From an uncultured Candidatus Saccharibacteria bacterium (GTDB lineage: Bacteria > Patescibacteriota > Minisyncoccia > 2-02-FULL-40-12 > GWA2-44-9), in contig CAYZRE010000004.1 of assembly GCA_964479835.1 (NCBI GenBank), positions 1-36,870 on the forward strand: a stretch of 36,870 nt of DNA, in the 5' to 3' direction. The translations under genes were made by a program, and so were the position numbers. The notes under the pieces are model-generated. The model was given only the letters and a program-made list of their open reading frames with translations, had not been told where the DNA came from and did not search any database. Shown here piece after piece: positions 8,397 through 17,675 of the stretch (the stretch's first letter is position 1; every line of letters begins with the position of its first letter).

Positions 8397-9317
8397 ATGA
8401 GCGGAAAGCTCCGAATTGTTTTGGGCGTTCTGGTACTCGCAGCCGCGGGTTCTGTTTCGTACCTGCTCCCGTCACTATCGCCCGGTTCGCCATCCGGTAA
8501 AACAGCGGCGGCGGGAAACGCCTTGGCCCTGAAAAACGACCTCACAGACTCGGATAACGATGGTCTCATCGACCGCGATGAGACTTACTGGCGTACCGAC
8601 TCCAATAACCCCGATACCGACGGTGATGGATTTGTGGACGGGGAAGAGGTCCTCACGGGACACAACCCGCTCGTGAAGGGTCCCAATGATTTTCTCGATC
8701 CGACACAGAACGCCACAAAGCGCATCACCAATCTCGCCGTGGGCGGCCTCATGGCCGGAGACCTCGACCCCAACAGTCCGAACTACGAAGCATCAGTGAA
8801 GTTGCTCGCCGAAGCCATGGCCACTCAATACGGCCGGAGCATCACGATACCGCGTGACACCCTCAAGATTATCGAGGACAGCGACGAGTCGAAGATTGCG
8901 TATGTGCGTGCGATGTCTGTGGCATTTCTGAAAATCATTCTTCCCGCGACTACCGACACCAGTGCGTTCTTCGATACATTCCGCGATGTTCCGCTCGCGA
9001 GTCCGTCCTGGACAACCGATAACCCCAAGCGTTATGCGGTGTTCTCTAAGGAAGCTCATCGACTCGCCTCGATCATGCAAGACCGTGCCCTGAAAATCGT
9101 GGCGATTGAAGTGCCGAAATCATTCGAACCACAGCACACGGGCGCGGTACAAATGTTGCGTGCACAACAGCGCTATTACGAGCTTCTTGCCACATTCAAG
9201 GAGGACCCCTTATTGGGCTCTGCGGCATTGAACGGTCTCCTGCGTTTGCAGTATGAGGGAACGCAAAACCTGATGTATGATTTTACGAAGGCGATTTCCG
9301 TCAAACTCAAACAATGA
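8397..9317 (+). CDS. Membrane-anchored/secreted protein with bacterial TSP3-like Ca-binding repeats (T4SS cluster gene 1)
   Basis: N-terminal hydrophobic segment; DSDNDGLIDRDE...TDSNNPDTDGDGFVDGEEV...NPL. Upstream TGCTAGAAT and GAGGGG. Confidence 0.75.
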   Translation: MSGKLRIVLGVLVLAAAGSVSYLLPSLSPGSPSGKTAAAGNALALKNDLTDSDNDGLIDRDETYWRTDSNNPDTDGDGFVDGEEVLTGHNPLVKGPNDFLDPTQNATKRITNLAVGGLMAGDLDPNSPNYEASVKLLAEAMATQYGRSITIPRDTLKIIEDSDESKIAYVRAMSVAFLKIILPATTDTSAFFDTFRDVPLASPSWTTDNPKRYAVFSKEAHRLASIMQDRALKIVAIEVPKSFEPQHTGAVQMLRAQQRYYELLATFKEDPLLGSAALNGLLRLQYEGTQNLMYDFTKAISVKLKQ

Positions 9318-10843
9318 TAGACCGCCGTACTATCTTTAGTACCCTTATCGTAGCTGCACTATTCGCGCTGCCCGTCGTTGTTCGTGCGTTCACGATAAAC
9401 GACATCCAGCAAGCTAGTGAAGATATCCAGTGCGCCGCACAGAACATCGGCAATATCGTTGACCGCTTCAACAGCAATTATCTCCGGCAGTCGATAGCAC
9501 GCACCCGACAAGCATACCTGGAATCATTTTCAAACTTTCCGGAGCAATGGCTCATGTGCATCTTAGGGAGCATCCATACTTCGCCAGGCGTGGGAAACTC
9601 CGCGAGAGCGTGCGCGACCGATATAGCCTCCGCAAATCTACGGGAAGCACAATTTCAAGTAGTGACAAATTTTGAGAATGACCTCATCACAGATTGTGCG
9701 GCGCAGTCAGATATACGCGCCATTATTAATGCCGCCCGAGAAATTTTGTTGCAAAACGGCCGCGACGGCGGAGCGGTGTATGTGCAAGATTGGCGTGCAT
9801 TCCAGGCCGACAACCGTTACCGCGGCCTGCAAATCGCCCGTAACGAGATGGCAAACACCAAACATTGTTCATGGGTGAGCGGACAACTCCAAGGTCTCTT
9901 CAGCTACGACCCCACAAATGCGGCCCCTCCGCTGAGCGGGAATGAAGACGGCCAAAATTCTTACATCCGTGATGCCGGGTGCTCACTGCCCGACGACTTT
10001 AACCCCGCAGCCCCGCAGTACCAAACGACGGAAGCGTTTGCCGCTATGATGCTCCCGCAAAACAATATCTGGGGCTCCTATTTGTTGGCACAGGAAGAAG
10101 TCAGGCGACAAGTTGCCGATGAGGAACAGGCCGCACAAAACGAATTCGCAAATACGGGAGGCGTCGGTGCTCTGCGCGCAATAAATCCCGCAACCGGTAA
10201 TAGCTGCGCGGTCATGGCTGCAGACGGCAGTACCTGTCTGCAGTATTCAAACATCGAACAGCCCGCCGCGGGAGTCGTAGCAGAAGTCAACGCCCAGCGT
10301 CAGGCACTCTATGACCTGATTACCAACCCCCGCACAACCAGTGAGGTCGTTAACGATGTCAGAGCGAATCTTGTCAGCTCATTCATGTCACTGACCCAGC
10401 CTCTCGCACAGCTACAGTACAGGCGCGATCCGGCTGATCAAAGCACTCCTTCTCCGTTACCGGTACCCGGGTCCGGAGATAGAGACGACCCTATATGTAC
10501 CGGCGGTATTCCTGGTTGCAGTTGTGCAATTAATGACCAGGCCGCACAAGCACTTGCCCGCGGGGCAGTACTAACCGCAACGCGCGCTGCTATCAGTCAA
10601 AATCCGCAAATGCTGACCCCCGATGGCGGCTCGGTGCTCCAGGGCATGAACATTCCGTTTCTCCAGGCGGTATGTCAAGCAGGAAATCTGTCAGCTATCG
10701 GCAGTTGTCGTCCCAACAACTCCGGCTTTGGATTGGTCATCACATTTGAACTTGAAGTGAATGTCGACGTTCTACTCCCCAACAATGTTATCCGCCAGCC
10801 CGGCGTGACAACCCTCATCTGCACAGAACCTGGGAATATGTAA
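9314..10843 (+). CDS. Secreted cysteine-rich hypothetical protein (T4SS cluster)
   Basis: Signal peptide ending VRA, 14 Cys, Pro-rich linker before a C-terminal domain; ATGA overlap with the previous gene. Confidence 0.75.
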   Translation: MIDRRTIFSTLIVAALFALPVVVRAFTINDIQQASEDIQCAAQNIGNIVDRFNSNYLRQSIARTRQAYLESFSNFPEQWLMCILGSIHTSPGVGNSARACATDIASANLREAQFQVVTNFENDLITDCAAQSDIRAIINAAREILLQNGRDGGAVYVQDWRAFQADNRYRGLQIARNEMANTKHCSWVSGQLQGLFSYDPTNAAPPLSGNEDGQNSYIRDAGCSLPDDFNPAAPQYQTTEAFAAMMLPQNNIWGSYLLAQEEVRRQVADEEQAAQNEFANTGGVGALRAINPATGNSCAVMAADGSTCLQYSNIEQPAAGVVAEVNAQRQALYDLITNPRTTSEVVNDVRANLVSSFMSLTQPLAQLQYRRDPADQSTPSPLPVPGSGDRDDPICTGGIPGCSCAINDQAAQALARGAVLTATRAAISQNPQMLTPDGGSVLQGMNIPFLQAVCQAGNLSAIGSCRPNNSGFGLVITFELEVNVDVLLPNNVIRQPGVTTLICTEPGNM

Positions 10844-10849
10844 CGCCAC

Positions 10850-13351
10850 ATGACCGCCACTCACCAACGAATACACAGACTCCTCCCCATCGTCTTAGGC
10901 ATGGCGGTCGCATTTTTCATTGTAGCCAAACCTGTGGCGGCGCATGCTGCGTGGCTTGATATTGTCGTTCCATTCGATGCGCTACTGAGCATGATTCTCA
11001 GCATGCTCGTTGCTGTCAACGATTTACTCGCTCAACTCCTCAACGCATCGGGTGGCGCACTCAAATGGGTGCTGTCGCTTGAGATTACCACTCAACTGAA
11101 GGTCGTCGGGGTCGCGTGGACCACCATCCGCGATATGGCAAATCTTGTCTTCATCGTTATATTCATCGGTATCTCGTTCGGTACAATATTTAACGCTACC
11201 GGCTGGGTGCCGGGGGGTTGGCACTACCGCACGGCGCTGATGCCGCTCATTATTGCAGCGATACTGATGAATTTTTCACTGGCAATCGGAAAAACAGTCG
11301 CTTTGGCCTCCAATCAGGCCGCAAAGGTTGTGCTGGGAGTCATGGGAGACCCGGGAGCTATCCTCATTGAGAACATGAAGCCCAACACGCTTGCTATCGG
11401 GACATCGATTTCGAACATAGCGGCAGCACTCTCTGCTCCCATTGTCGATACCATAAAAACACGCACCGACGCTGAAAATATACGATACCAGAAATGCCTC
11501 CTAGAGGAGAAGACGGTTGTCGACACGGATTTTATATTTATCAGTTTCGGCACCCAAGACTACACGGTTCGTAAGGGCATCGGAGACTGTAATTTGGAAA
11601 TCCTCGCCGCGCGTCTTAATACCACACCCGCCGAGATTGCCCGAGTTGGGGCGATGACCCAGCAAGAGCGAGTAGCGGCTGCTATCCCAACCCTACCAAT
11701 AAACGATAAGCTCATGTTTATTGGAAATGCAATTTTCAGCGCACTGATGATTTTACTCCTCATCTCGTGTCTTCTATCCGCGTTTATTTTTCTTGCCTTG
11801 CGTATCATCATGGTATGGGTACTTCTTGCCACTGCGGCATTAGCATGGGCAAGTTATGCCATTCCTGGAAACAACGGGTTCTGGCATAAATGGTGGACTC
11901 ATATGATTGCATGGAATTTGTTCGCGCCGTTGTACTTACTCTCGCTCATCCCAGGCCTTGTGATGCTGGGCGGGTCGGGAGAGATGATGGCACAGTTGGC
12001 GCGGGCCGGGGGGACTATCGGTGTATCAGGAATGCTCATACAGCAATTTTTCTTCTATGCTTTTGCGGTGCTTATCTTCGTCGGCGGACTCGCGCTGTCT
12101 CTGAAGTCGTCATTTGCGACCACTGTCGCAGGAAGCGGGGTCATCGGTGGATGGGCCACCAGGATGGGTGTCTTCCAAGAAGGGAATGCCAAGCTTGGTG
12201 CCATTGGGCGTGCCACTGGCCGGGCAACCGGCGTCACTGCATACGGAGGAGCGGCGCTTGATCGGGCACAACAAGCACGGCAAGACATTACCGCTGCGGC
12301 GCGTGGGAGATTCCCCGCATTGATGCGCACAGAGGAAGAAGCAAGAGCGCTGGCCCGTGCTCGTTTGGGCGTGCGCGGCGGTGCCGCAGAATTTGAAAAA
12401 GCGATTTCCGGACGAGTTAAGGCAGAGCGTGAACGGGTTGAGGAGCCCCTCAAACAGCAAGTTCAGGTACTGGAGAATCAACTCGCCCAAGCCAGGACAC
12501 CGGAGGAACGGAAGAGACTCCAGGACCAAGTTAAGGAGCTCAAGGATAGAAATACCCAGAGTCTCAAGACGCTCACACGAAGCGGTAACCGCGATGCAGC
12601 ACTTGCGGCAGCGGAAATGCTCATGGAAGACGACAAACTAGATGCGGACGAACTGCGTGCTGTCGGCCAACGCTATACCCAGATATCGCCCACAGCGATG
12701 GCTGCTTTCGTCAAACGACGAAACGAAAAACTCATCAAGAATGTCCCCAAGCATAAATTCAAAGATGCCGCAGAGCTGCAGTCGTTTATGACTCTTATCG
12801 GCGACCCTAAAGATGCCAAGAAGTACTACGATGCGGCCAAGGGGGGAAGGAATAAGATTATGGTGCTCGAAGCAGGGGCAAATATGAAGATAGAACAGAA
12901 ACCCGACGGCACAGCGTATTCATTTAACGAACTAGCCCTCAAAGAGGCGCCGAAGTTTAAAGATGAAGATTGGGTTGCCGCCGAAGAGTCCTTTGCTCAG
13001 CGTGCAGAGGCAGCAAATGATGCAAACCCCGGTGGTCTTCCAATTTCTTCACTAGATGCAATGAAAGAGGTCGGCGAGAATTTCCACGATCGCTTCAAGC
13101 GACGTTTCCTCAACGCACGCCAGCAGGAAAATATGCGTATGGCTGCGGGAACAACGGATCAGGCTGTGCGTCTGCAAAAAATCTCGGATACTCTTATTAA
13201 AGATGAGATGGAAAAGAAGCGTCTAAGAAGGACCATTAAAGAAGAAAGGGATACGGCAGAGACGGCAGAAAAAGAATTCACCGAACCCGAAGAAAAGAAA
13301 GGAAAAGAAGAAAGTCAACCAAGGGAGGAGGGGCCGAAAAAAACAGTCTAA
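10850..13351 (+). CDS. Polytopic membrane protein, VirB6/TrbL-like, with long charged C-terminal tail
   Basis: W...RDMANLVFIV and LIIAAILMNFSL segments, extracellular loop, TM cluster (LRIIMVWVLL...WW...FAPLYL), then Gly/Ala-rich and coiled-coil tail; lies upstream of prgI/virB4. Confidence 0.65.
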   Translation: MTATHQRIHRLLPIVLGMAVAFFIVAKPVAAHAAWLDIVVPFDALLSMILSMLVAVNDLLAQLLNASGGALKWVLSLEITTQLKVVGVAWTTIRDMANLVFIVIFIGISFGTIFNATGWVPGGWHYRTALMPLIIAAILMNFSLAIGKTVALASNQAAKVVLGVMGDPGAILIENMKPNTLAIGTSISNIAAALSAPIVDTIKTRTDAENIRYQKCLLEEKTVVDTDFIFISFGTQDYTVRKGIGDCNLEILAARLNTTPAEIARVGAMTQQERVAAAIPTLPINDKLMFIGNAIFSALMILLLISCLLSAFIFLALRIIMVWVLLATAALAWASYAIPGNNGFWHKWWTHMIAWNLFAPLYLLSLIPGLVMLGGSGEMMAQLARAGGTIGVSGMLIQQFFFYAFAVLIFVGGLALSLKSSFATTVAGSGVIGGWATRMGVFQEGNAKLGAIGRATGRATGVTAYGGAALDRAQQARQDITAAARGRFPALMRTEEEARALARARLGVRGGAAEFEKAISGRVKAERERVEEPLKQQVQVLENQLAQARTPEERKRLQDQVKELKDRNTQSLKTLTRSGNRDAALAAAEMLMEDDKLDADELRAVGQRYTQISPTAMAAFVKRRNEKLIKNVPKHKFKDAAELQSFMTLIGDPKDAKKYYDAAKGGRNKIMVLEAGANMKIEQKPDGTAYSFNELALKEAPKFKDEDWVAAEESFAQRAEAANDANPGGLPISSLDAMKEVGENFHDRFKRRFLNARQQENMRMAAGTTDQAVRLQKISDTLIKDEMEKKRLRRTIKEERDTAETAEKEFTEPEEKKGKEESQPREEGPKKTV

Positions 13352-13356
13352 TCAAC

Positions 13357-13833
13357 ATGGAAATCACCGTCGAAGAATACAACGCGTATAATCCCTTGTC
13401 TGCTTATTTGGATGGGAAAACCGACAGTGAGCAGGGTGTCGTCCTTGGAAGATTTGTGAATCTTCCGGAATCAGAAAAACTGGTCCTCGTAGGAACAGAC
13501 ACCGCCGAGGCCATCGCGAATCTCATCGTTGCCGGCACGCTGCCACAGAGCTATGGCAAGGCCGTTGCCAAAATCATCTACCTTGTGCTGGCAGGAGAAG
13601 TTCAACCCGCTGGCGTGAGCGCGCTATTGGAGCGCCTCGGTCTTTCAACTCCGCTGGCACAACAGGTCTCTTCAGTGATTGGTACCCTCGCAGCACCGGT
13701 CGTCCGAGAGCGTGCCGTGACACCCGTTGCTATGCCGGAATTACCACCGCTAACCCAACGGGTACCACCCGTGATGCCCGGTCCCGATTCGTCGAAGACG
13801 CCCGCTCGTAATATAATAGACTTGCGGAAATAG
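13357..13833 (+). CDS. Hypothetical cytoplasmic protein (T4SS cluster)
   Basis: Tightly packed in the operon (5 and 2 nt gaps); helical domain plus Pro-rich tail ending NIIDLRK. Confidence 0.75.
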   Translation: MEITVEEYNAYNPLSAYLDGKTDSEQGVVLGRFVNLPESEKLVLVGTDTAEAIANLIVAGTLPQSYGKAVAKIIYLVLAGEVQPAGVSALLERLGLSTPLAQQVSSVIGTLAAPVVRERAVTPVAMPELPPLTQRVPPVMPGPDSSKTPARNIIDLRK

Positions 13834-13835
13834 AG

Positions 13836-14153
13836 ATGAAATTCCAAGTTCCACAATTCATCGAGACGGAGACGAAGATTATCGGGCCGCTGACGCTCAA
13901 ACAGTTTATGTTTGTTGCCGGAGGCGTCAGTATGACGGCGCTCGCATACATCCTTCTGAACGGAATCCTGTTTGCGGTCGTAGCTCTTTTGGCGATTAGT
14001 TTTTTCGGAGCGTTGGCATTTTTGAAAATCGACGGCCAACCGTTCCTCAATTACCTGGCCTATATGTTGGCATACGCGCTGGGAGCCAAACGCTACATCT
14101 ACCGCATCAAAGAGGACCCTAACCAATTCATTCCGCCTCCCAATGGCCAATGA
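13836..14153 (+). CDS. PrgI-family (VirB3-like) membrane protein
   Basis: FQVPQFIETETKIIGPLTLKQF, two TM helices, then FLKIDGQPF; this is the PrgI pattern. Confidence 0.85.
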   Translation: MKFQVPQFIETETKIIGPLTLKQFMFVAGGVSMTALAYILLNGILFAVVALLAISFFGALAFLKIDGQPFLNYLAYMLAYALGAKRYIYRIKEDPNQFIPPPNGQ

Positions 14154-14784
14154 CCCCTCCACAACAGATTTGATTCAGCTCAAAGAACTCCGTGATGGGG
14201 TGGCCCTCCTCAAAGACGGGTCGTTGCGCGGTATCGTGCAGGTCAGTGCTATTAATTTTGAACTGCGTTCCAGTGATGAGCAGGCGGCGATTCTCCAGCA
14301 ATACGCATCATTCCTGAATTCGATTGATTTTCCGATACAGATGATTGTACACTCCCGCCGATTCGACATCTCGGAATACCTGGCGAATGTGCAAACAGCA
14401 GCAGAACAGCTGACTAATGAGCTATTGAAAGTGCAGGCGACCGAATACATTCGATTCATCGGCGAACTATCTTCGCTTTCCAATATCATGGCGAAGAATT
14501 TCTATGTTGCAATTCCGTTGTCAGTGACGCCGACGAAAGAGGGGAAAGGATTTATCGCGGGCATCAAAGATGTTTTCAAAAAAAGTCCCACCGCACAGCA
14601 GTCAGTCACTTCCGAGCAATTGACTTCCTACAAGGGACAACTGCAACAGCGCGCTGACTTGATTATCGGCGGGCTGTCGGGCATGGGTCTGCAGGGACAC
14701 ATGCTCGAGCAAGCGGAACTGCTGAAGCTCTTCAACGAACTTTACAACCCCGTCGTGCCGCCCCCACAGAAAACTAACGCGTAA
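14143..14784 (+). CDS. TrsD/TraC-like protein resembling the N-terminal region of monoderm conjugative VirB4
   Basis: DGVALLKDG...INFELRSSDEQAAI..Y.SFLNSIDFPIQ motif; lies between prgI and the ATPase. Confidence 0.7.
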   Translation: MANDPSTTDLIQLKELRDGVALLKDGSLRGIVQVSAINFELRSSDEQAAILQQYASFLNSIDFPIQMIVHSRRFDISEYLANVQTAAEQLTNELLKVQATEYIRFIGELSSLSNIMAKNFYVAIPLSVTPTKEGKGFIAGIKDVFKKSPTAQQSVTSEQLTSYKGQLQQRADLIIGGLSGMGLQGHMLEQAELLKLFNELYNPVVPPPQKTNA

Positions 14785-14787
14785 TCC

Positions 14788-16533
14788 ATGCCCTCCACTG
14801 ACACCACATCATCATTGACTATCGCGCCCTCGGCGATGCAAATCACGCCCAACTACCTGCAAATCGGAGATAAATATGTCCGCACTATTTTCATCGCGAC
14901 CTACCCCCGGTTCCTCAACGCGAACTGGCTCTCTCCTATCGTAAACCTCGACAAGGTGCTGGATGTCGCCATCTATATTAATCCGCGACCCACCGCCGAT
15001 GTGCTGAAACAGCTACGCACCCAGCTTACCAAAGTACAGGCGCAAATCATGGAAGAGGAGGCGGCCGGCAAGGTCCGTGACCCGGTATTGGAGACCGGTG
15101 CACAAGACCTCGAATCACTGCGCGACGACCTCCAGCAGGGGACTGAGCGGTTCTTTCATGTTGGTATGTATCTGACCATCTATGAGAATAGTCCCAAAGA
15201 CCTCGATGAGACCGAGGGTACTATTAAAAGTATGCTCGACGGACTCCTGGTGGTACCAAAGCAGTCCACATTTCGGATGTTGGAGGGCTTCCTGACCACC
15301 TCACCGCTTGCCGATGATCGTCTCCAGGCACTTACCTCACTGAACACCCATCCGGTTTCCTCCACATTTCCGTTCGTTTCCAGCGACCTGACCTCAAACA
15401 CCGGTATCCTGTACGGTATTAATACCACCAATAACAGCTTGGTATTGTTTGACCGATTCTCGTTGGAAAACGCAAACGCAGTGATGTTCGCAAAGTCCGG
15501 TGCCGGCAAAAGCTATACGGTGAAACTGGAAATTTTGCGGTACCTCGTGCTGGGTACGCAAGTGTTGGTTATCGACCCCGAAGATGAGTATAAATATCTG
15601 TCTGATACCGTTGGCGGCACGAACATCAAGATTTCAATCAACTCCGACCAACACATCAATCCATTCGATTTGCCGACCCCGAAGGACGAGGAGTCGTGGA
15701 GCGATGTATTCAATTCTCACATCCTGAACTTGAGCGGCCTTATCAAACTGCTGATGGGCGGTAACCTCACCCCCGAAGAGGAGTCGATGCTGGACCAGGC
15801 GCTTATTCAGACCTACGCCATCAAAGACATCGTTCCCGAAACTGATTTCTCAAAACTCCCACCACCGATTCTGGGCGATTTGCAAAATGTGCTCGAGGGC
15901 ATGACCGGCGCGGAACGAATGGCGACGCGCCTGACAAAGTTCACCACCGGCACCTTTGCAGGATTTTTGAACAACCCTACGAATATCCCTCTCGAAAACC
16001 AGCTTGTTGTGTTCGGTATACGCGACTTAGAGGACGAGCTCCGTCCTATTGCCATGTATTCGGTACTCAACTACATCTGGACGCAGGTACGGCGTGAAAA
16101 GAAAAAACGCATTATGGTCGTCGATGAGGCGTGGTATGTTATGAAGTTCCCGGTCGGCGCCGAATTTCTGTTCAACATCGCCAAACGCGGCCGCAAATAC
16201 TATTGCGGCGTGACCACCATCTCACAGGACATCCCGGATTTCATGAGCACCGCACAAGGCAAGGCCATTGTTACTAACTCGTCCATGCAGATGCTCATGA
16301 AGCAGTCTCCGGCTGCCATCGACATTATTCAACAGACATTCAACCTCACCGATTCGGAAAAATACTATCTCCTGGAGGCCCGTGTCGGGTTCGGTCTGTT
16401 CTTCCTCGGCTCCAACCATGTGGGACTGCGCGTACTCGCTTCGTACGCCGAAGACCAGATCATCACCTCCGACCCCAAACAGCTTTTGGAAATTGAGAAA
16501 GCGAAACAGGAGTGGGCACAAATAGGGAAGTAA
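14788..16533 (+). CDS. virB4: VirB4/TraC-family T4SS ATPase
   Basis: ILYGIN...LVLFDRF, Walker A AKSGAGKS, VIDPEDEY, INPFD, Walker B VVDEAW, KRGRKY..G.TTISQD. Confidence 0.9.
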   Translation: MPSTDTTSSLTIAPSAMQITPNYLQIGDKYVRTIFIATYPRFLNANWLSPIVNLDKVLDVAIYINPRPTADVLKQLRTQLTKVQAQIMEEEAAGKVRDPVLETGAQDLESLRDDLQQGTERFFHVGMYLTIYENSPKDLDETEGTIKSMLDGLLVVPKQSTFRMLEGFLTTSPLADDRLQALTSLNTHPVSSTFPFVSSDLTSNTGILYGINTTNNSLVLFDRFSLENANAVMFAKSGAGKSYTVKLEILRYLVLGTQVLVIDPEDEYKYLSDTVGGTNIKISINSDQHINPFDLPTPKDEESWSDVFNSHILNLSGLIKLLMGGNLTPEEESMLDQALIQTYAIKDIVPETDFSKLPPPILGDLQNVLEGMTGAERMATRLTKFTTGTFAGFLNNPTNIPLENQLVVFGIRDLEDELRPIAMYSVLNYIWTQVRREKKKRIMVVDEAWYVMKFPVGAEFLFNIAKRGRKYYCGVTTISQDIPDFMSTAQGKAIVTNSSMQMLMKQSPAAIDIIQQTFNLTDSEKYYLLEARVGFGLFFLGSNHVGLRVLASYAEDQIITSDPKQLLEIEKAKQEWAQIGK

Positions 16534-16542
16534 CTGAAATCC

Positions 16543-17673
16543 ATGGCCCGCGAACTTACCTCACAAGAAACCCAGATACTCTCCCGCATCAGGGATCGGA
16601 TGGCCGACGCCGCCCGTGATATGGCAGACGCTATCCGCACGCGACGGCTATTAGAGGCACAGCTCCGCGAAGTCCAACACCAGATGGCCTCGCCGGACGG
16701 TATCGCATCTTCCCAGCAATTCGTTGACGATGTTTCCCGTTTGCGTCGTGAGATTCAAACCGCCATCGCGCGCGAACAGGAGGCAGACACCACCCGCAGT
16801 CGTTTGTCTGCGGAGGAAATGCGCGTTTTCGCGCTTCCTGCGAGAAAACAGGTCGAACCAGCGGGTTTGAACCGCACGCAGCGTGCCGATGCTACATCTC
16901 CGACCGGAGGCGTCTCCATAGTAACGGCCGGACGTATGAAGAGTGGACTGGACGCATTACGGCGTGCGCAGGCACAATACGCACGCAACAGTGCCGCGCG
17001 CGGGGATCTCGAGAAGAAACTCGCCAACAACATCAAGAAAACGATTCTCATCGTATTCGTAGCGGCACTCTTTGTCGCCACACTCGCTGATATTTTAAGT
17101 TTCTTCGACTTCGGGTGGGTTGTCTCCTGGGCAATACCGATGATTGTCTGGTTCATGGTTCGGCGCGTCACGGCAATCAATAAGGGAGGGGATGCCATCG
17201 TTGGTGTCCACGCGACAGCACGACGCCAACTGACACTTCTGCAACAACGCCTCCGCCCCGCGCTACAGTCTTCCGGAAATATCAGGCTTCTCGTCTCCAC
17301 GAAAGTCGAGGGTATGGCATTTGCGGGAAAGTCGTATGTCTCGACATTTGTGCGCGACACCATCATCACCCAGCTCATCGAGCTCATTCCTATTATCGAT
17401 GTGCTGCCATTATATATCGGGCAGGTGATAAAAGTATTTGTTGACCAAAACATTGCATATCAGAAGGTGAAAAAACTTATGCCGCATCTGGAGCATGTCC
17501 ATCAGCAAATCGACCGTTTGGAGCAATTCGAAATTCAATATGTCGCCCGACAAATCGCTACGGTCGTGCGCGCACAACAATTGGTCAGCACGCGACAGCG
17601 CCAACAAATGCCCATTACTCAACCGCGGGAAACGCAAGTGCCTTCTTCTCTCGCTCTGGGTTACGCAACCTAA
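16543..17673 (+). CDS. Hypothetical membrane protein with N-terminal coiled coil (T4SS cluster)
   Basis: Coiled-coil N-terminus, central TM pair, IELIPIIDVLP hydrophobic motif; 9 nt from virB4. Confidence 0.7.
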   Translation: MARELTSQETQILSRIRDRMADAARDMADAIRTRRLLEAQLREVQHQMASPDGIASSQQFVDDVSRLRREIQTAIAREQEADTTRSRLSAEEMRVFALPARKQVEPAGLNRTQRADATSPTGGVSIVTAGRMKSGLDALRRAQAQYARNSAARGDLEKKLANNIKKTILIVFVAALFVATLADILSFFDFGWVVSWAIPMIVWFMVRRVTAINKGGDAIVGVHATARRQLTLLQQRLRPALQSSGNIRLLVSTKVEGMAFAGKSYVSTFVRDTIITQLIELIPIIDVLPLYIGQVIKVFVDQNIAYQKVKKLMPHLEHVHQQIDRLEQFEIQYVARQIATVVRAQQLVSTRQRQQMPITQPRETQVPSSLALGYAT

Positions 17674-17675
17674 TT

